DNA of 64,000 nucleotides, from NCBI RefSeq assembly GCF_963853765.1, contig NC_088853.1, positions 45,260,001 to 45,324,000 of the forward strand, in the 5' to 3' direction. The stretch comes from Magallana gigas (Eukaryota). Shown piece after piece: positions 60,727 to 64,000 of this stretch (position 1 is its first letter; every line of letters begins with the position of its first letter). The notes below the pieces were generated by a model. That model ran no database searches, had not been told where the DNA came from, and saw nothing but the letters and a program-made list of their open reading frames with translations. The translations under genes and the position numbers were made by a program.

Positions 60727-61323
60727 AGGGCACAGCAAGTAGTAAGAGCCTCCGCAGAGAAACAAAGTGTTGAAGATTTCGTTATTTACTCAATTACATA
60801 TTGGAGATGCATTGATTTGGCGAGATTTTGCGTAAGGCGAGATTTGACAGAGAAATCAATAGGTAGATAGGGGCTGAATAATCATATGGGGGCTTTCCCT
60901 TCCCTTGATCCTCAGCGCCTAAAATGCGGGAATCAATGGTGTAGAGAAAATTGCTTACTGGTGCACAGGGCCTAGTGAAGTTTTGTTACCGTTCTTGAAC
61001 TAATAAAATGTCTATAAACGGAACACGATGACCGAATATTGGAAGCATTGGATGTGCTTCTCGTGAATAAAAAAAAAATCCGTAATAGTGTTTCCTATTA
61101 AATCGTTTCATCTTAACGATACAAATATTAAAGGCTTGAGTCTATGATGTTGGAACTATTTCCAGAGCAACCAATAAAGCATTGGGGAGAGCAGATGGAC
61201 GTCTTCTCAGGTTGATAAATCTTGTGAGGTATCGACGCAACCAAGTCATCTAGTTCGTGCTCTCTGTAATCAATTAACAAAGTTCTCAGCTTCCTCCATC
61301 ATCTCCTAGATGGAGATTGTAAT

Positions 61324-61324
61324 G

Positions 61325-61366
<42 letters not shown>
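61324..61366. repeat. (CT)n microsatellite
   Basis: direct inspection. Confidence 0.9.
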
Positions 61367-61369
<3 letters not shown>

Positions 61370-63832
61370 GAAGGCATTTAAAATTATTAAGTTAAAGCAA
61401 CAGCATGAAATAATCACTACATTAATTTTTCATTCTGGATAATAATAACAACCGTGCGTTCACGCTTTTGGGGCAATTAGCAGAACCCTGTGTTGAGAAA
61501 AGCGGAAGCGTCGCCCATGATGACAAAAATGTTGGTACATATATCGTTCACTTTTATGATGCACAACGACGTGAAATATGCAACAAATCTTCATTGATTA
61601 CCAGTCGTCTTTGTCCTGAACAAGAAAACATTAGATATTGCGTTAATTACGAAAAAGGAACGGGAGGAAAATTAACAGTCGTCCATAAATTTTAGTTACT
61701 CTTGCTCTCACGACAGAAGAGCAGCCCTCAGTGCGCGCGATAGGCCTTGTATTGACTGAGGGCCGAGCTCTTATTTAAATCTACGTCACTGCCATTGATT
61801 CATCCCCGGCCTCTATTATAACTAATCATTTTATTTCAATAAAAACAATCTGTCATTTGTTGCTAGAGCAGTGCTACAAAATGTTCTGCATGCTAATGCA
61901 CTGTGTACCTATGAAATCGTATTCATGCCTTTTTTGAGTTTCAATAATGTGAGAATATTTTCTGTTTGTTCAGGGTCGGACACATCTAATATTTACATAC
62001 GGGGTTTTCAATATTCATTACACTTCCGGTACGTTCTTTGCAAAATTCTGCAACTTTCATTATTTAATAGCAATCGAGGAATATAATTTTTATTTAGTTT
62101 GTTCAGTAACCAAGAAAAATTTTATCTCTTAGTTCAATCTTGTCAGTCAATACTAAGGGAAATCCTATACGACTTTTCTCACGACATCAATAGGCCTGGT
62201 GCTCTTATTTCAACATACCTTTAGTGTAACATGTGCCTCGTATAATAATGAATATAATGTTCGCGAGTGCTCCTTTTACTGAAAGACTCTAGATACAAAT
62301 ATATATTATATATCTTTTAATTTGTAATTAAATATCCCCCACGTTTACAAGGAAGGTATCATATGAAGCTGATTTCAGGTAACACCAACCTATAACAAAA
62401 TTCATAAATAACTTTTCCAGTTGTATATGTAAACAATAAAAAAAAACAACAATAAAAAATTAAAGGAAAAGGGTTCAGTTAGGGGGGAAACATTGTTCTT
62501 AAGTATATAAATCATGAAAATCGATCTTTAAATGGTGGGAAATCATCAATAGCCTAATTGCCCCCAGAAAGGAAATCATTGTTACCAATCGGTTTTAACT
62601 TTAGCTGTTTTTTTTTTTTTAATATTAGTGAAAGCGTGTTTATGCATTATTTGCTTGTAAGCTTCTACATTCGGATGCATATTATTTTCATACCCTTTTC
62701 CTATCCTGATTCCATACGGGAATGATATGACATATGGTCTTATTGATATGTAATATGGTGAAAAAAAAAGGAATTGTTATTTTAAAATAAGGCTCAAAAT
62801 AGAGGTTCGAGGGGATAAAGATAGTTCTAGATAGTAAAAAATGACTTTTTGTTAAGACAAAGGATGACGCAACATAACATTGTTTAAAAAGATAAGAAAT
62901 AAAAAAAATATACAATTTTGAAAACCAAAAAACATAAGTAAAATGTATTATTCTATAAAGGTGTTTCTGTAAGCAATGTGTATTATATTGGTTTGAGTCT
63001 ATCTTCTCACGAGCTCTTATATTTAATTAGAAAACTGCTTATTTTGCAAAATCTGTTTGTGATATTAAACACTGCGCATGTCCATTTAATAAAAAAAATC
63101 CTATGTAATTATGCCCCTATAATAGTAATCAACTGCAAAAATCACTGTGCTCGCAGATTTATGAGTAATAAGCATGTAAAATATATATTGATTTCTGAAG
63201 ACACACAGCAAAGCTTTTAGTGACTGTCGTTTTTTTAGTGACTTCCTGGTTCTAACAAATTCAATTCCTTTTTAAAAATAAAATAAAGTATCCTATAATC
63301 AATTAAAAAATTATCGATGCATGATATGATATTGAAAAATTATAAAATCTAAACGAAGGGAAATCTTGAGAATATATACAACTTTTGTCATTTTATGAAT
63401 ATATGAATCAGTAGTCTTCAATGTGGTATCTGTTTTAAATATTTAATACTTTGAAGACTTGTTTCAAGGAAATGATAAATAATGATAGAAGTTTGATCAA
63501 AATTCTCTATGGAACGTGTGACAAAAATATCGGTTATTCATCACCCCCCAAAATATGCATTAAATAGCATTTAATTTTACGGGTTTTTTGTCGCGAATTC
63601 TTAGATATAACAAATGAATTCGAATGCTAGTATATTATGATTAGATTACTGTGCGGGATCTCGCTGGTTTTACGATCTGCACGGGGTGTTTAATCTTGTC
63701 TTTGTGTCGTTTTGACAGTTCACTTTATGACAGTCCCTCTATGATAAATCAATGAAATCTCTCTGGGTCTGTCTCATACACGTTGGAGGCAGTTATATCT
63801 TGCATATGATGTGGGAGCTATATAAAAGGACG

Positions 63833-63971
63833 CATGCGCGGATCCAGAAATTGTTTCCAAGGGATGCTGATTTAGTTTGTCGGGGGGGGGGGGTTAAAGA
63901 TAGTTGAATTTTACAGGGGGTATGGACCCCCCTGACCCCCCCCCCCCCTCCTCCCCCTAGATCCGCGCATG
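63833..63971. mobile_element. short MITE-like element (CATGCGCGGATC termini)
   Basis: catgcgcggatccag / ctagatccgcgcatg inverted termini (1 mismatch); same family as 12715-12896. Confidence 0.7.
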
Positions 63972-64000
63972 GGATGCTTTGAACTAGAAATTGTAAACAA

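Noticed and set aside
1-64000. tRNA, rRNA or autonomous transposase/RT genes
   Set aside because: No cloverleaf or rRNA-like sequence and no long ORF with transposase or reverse-transcriptase motifs recognised; all TE-like elements appear non-autonomous.

Overview
AT-rich eukaryotic (animal) genomic DNA with introns and two assembly gaps. It is most likely a bivalve such as the oyster Crassostrea/Magallana; this is an inference from a Helentron-like element carrying ~166-bp satellite-type repeats. Two genes lie on the minus strand. (1) A ~53-kb CELF3/4/5/6-subfamily (Bruno-like/UNC-75-like) RNA-binding protein gene. Twelve coding exons (60491 to 12458) splice in frame to a 498-aa, 3-RRM protein (506 aa if a downstream donor is used in exon 8). 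There are three long 5' introns, an intron 23 nt after the stop codon and an inferred ~2.2-kb 3' UTR exon ending near 7612. (2) A compact two-exon gene (TATA 2125-2132, CDS 1569 to 106) encoding a 487-aa secreted Tyr/Lys/Gly/Ser/Asp-rich protein made of 41-aa repeats separated by furin-type RGKR sites. The rest is intronic or intergenic: non-autonomous DNA transposons/MITEs, a 102-unit 18-bp minisatellite that produces all the long repetitive ORFs at 39.3-41.5 kb, microsatellites and GC-rich islands with clustered regulatory motifs. The most interesting items are the putative polyprotein adhesive/matrix precursor and a set of unusual splicing and regulatory features in the CELF gene: a ratchet point or 6-nt microexon, a GG donor, a poison exon, candidate RRM1-less first exons, a 3' UTR cassette exon and a stop-start uORF.
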